Assembly: GCA_964545335.1 (NCBI GenBank)
Contig: CAZJFQ010000001.1
Coordinates: forward strand, 1,766-65,765
Source: an uncultured Gammaproteobacteria bacterium
GTDB lineage: Bacteria; Pseudomonadota; Gammaproteobacteria; Steroidobacterales; CAZJFQ01
Length of the DNA stretch: 64,000 nt
Reading direction: 5' to 3'
In this document: in pieces, positions 63,141-64,000 of the stretch
Position numbering within the stretch: position 1 is the first letter of the stretch
Layout: each line of letters opens with the position of its first letter
Notes under the pieces: model-generated
What the model was told of the DNA's origin: nothing
Database searches by the model: none
Seen by the model: only the letters and a program-made list of their open reading frames with translations
Position numbers and translations under genes: made by a program

Positions 63141-63479
63141 TTAAACCTGTTCGTCACCGACTCTGACGGTAATGTGACTGTTGCGTTTGATGATGCGGTT
63201 GACCCGCCCTCTCGCACGCGGACGCCAACGTCGGAAAAGAGGTGCCTCATCGATGAAAATCTCCGTAACTTTGAGCTCATCGATGTCCGCACCATGATTG
63301 TTCTCGGCATTTGCTATGGCTGATTCGAGTACCTTCTTTACAATTCCGGCTGCTTTTTGCGGCATATGTCCCAGCGCCCGCAACGCCTGCGCTACATCCG
63401 CACCGCGAACCGCATCCGCCACCAGCCGACATTTCTGTGGCGAGATGCGTGCGTATTTGAGTCGTGCTGCAATCTGCAT
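63141..63479 (-). CDS. rplV: 50S ribosomal protein L22
   Basis: Internal ATG at 63479 ([20 protein letters not shown]). The track start at 63551 overlaps rpsS. Confidence 0.96.
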   Translation of the reverse strand: MQIAARLKYARISPQKCRLVADAVRGADVAQALRALGHMPQKAAGIVKKVLESAIANAENNHGADIDELKVTEIFIDEAPLFRRWRPRARGRVNRIIKRNSHITVRVGDEQV

Positions 63480-63492
63480 CGTTAATATCCGA

Positions 63493-63765
63493 TTACTTTG
63501 TCTTCCTGTCGCCCGAATGACCCCTGAACGTACGGGTCGTTGCGAATTCACCCAACTTGTGTCCGACCATGTTTTCGGTCACCAGTACTGGGACATGCTG
63601 GCGCCCGTTATGAATAGCGATCGTCAGACCCACCATGTCGGGTACGATCATTGAACGACGGGACCAGGTCCTGATCGGACGCTTGTTGTTGGTTTGGACG
63701 GCCCGCAGCACCTTGTTCATAAGATGCGTGTCAACAAAAGGCCCTTTCTTAACTGAACGTGGCAC
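63493..63765 (-). CDS. rpsS: 30S ribosomal protein S19
   Basis: [11 protein letters not shown] start with a GTG initiation codon. Confidence 0.98.
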   Translation of the reverse strand: MPRSVKKGPFVDTHLMNKVLRAVQTNNKRPIRTWSRRSMIVPDMVGLTIAIHNGRQHVPVLVTENMVGHKLGEFATTRTFRGHSGDRKTK

Positions 63766-63770
63766 TTCGC

Positions 63771-64000
63771 TTAACCTCTCGAACCTTTCTTACTGCGCTG
63801 CCGAACGATCATGTTTTGCGTTCGCTTGTTGTGACGCGTCTTGTAACCTTTCGTCGGCACGCCCCACGGCGTTACCGGATGTCGTCCGCCTGCCGTTCGA
63901 CCTTCACCGCCGCCGTGTGGATGGTCGACAGGATTCATCGCCACACCACGAACCGTCGGCCGGATACCCCGCCATCGGTTCGCGCCGGCCTTACCGAGTT
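63771..64000 (-). CDS. rplB: 50S ribosomal protein L2 (C-terminal part; gene continues beyond window)
   Basis: My reverse-strand translation gives ...[57 protein letters not shown], with the stop at 63771-63773. It is not in the ORF track because no start codon lies inside the window. Confidence 0.95.
   Translation of the reverse strand, partial: LGKAGANRWRGIRPTVRGVAMNPVDHPHGGGEGRTAGGRHPVTPWGVPTKGYKTRHNKRTQNMIVRQRSKKGSRG

Overview
Chromosomal window from a moderately GC-rich gammaproteobacterium, judged from CRP/Vfr, LptE, YhdP, DjlA and an E. coli/Pseudomonas-like gene order. It is almost fully coding, with about 70 protein genes. I saw no rRNA, tRNA, CRISPR array, transposase or integrase. 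From left to right: coq7 (cut by the window edge), crp, trpG, rpe, djlA, purC, a yihY-family gene and pmbA. A cyanophycin operon follows (cyanophycinase, CphA, and a CphA-like ligase lacking the ATP-grasp domain), wedged between pmbA and darP/yjgA. Then comes purE, then a ~5.8-kb islet of unrecognisable envelope proteins headed by an ExeA/GspA-type AAA+ ATPase fused to an FHA domain. Conserved housekeeping blocks follow: tldD-nit-yhdP-rng-maf, rlmH-rsfS-nadD-holA-lptE-leuS, lnt-corC-ybeY-phoH-miaB, and sat/cysC-ssb-MFS-uvrA. A second small accessory patch holds a Sel1-like protein, a membrane protein, a methyltransferase plus kinase-like pair, and ggt. The window ends with the alpha, spc and distal S10 ribosomal-protein operons (rplQ to a partial rplB). 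The most unusual signal is non-coding. At least six clear copies and one degenerate copy of a composite intergenic element are present, all in the same orientation. Each has a 7-nt tandem array, a GGCGC..GCGCC hairpin, and a 7-nt polypyrimidine array. Two copies sit inside the ribosomal-protein operons and supply the Shine-Dalgarno regions of rpsK and rpsM. One carries six perfect CTTCCCG units (a G-quadruplex motif on the sense strand of ggt). I cannot assign this element to a named repeat family. Many ORF-track starts are over-extended, and I give corrected starts where a conserved N-terminus or an RBS supports it.
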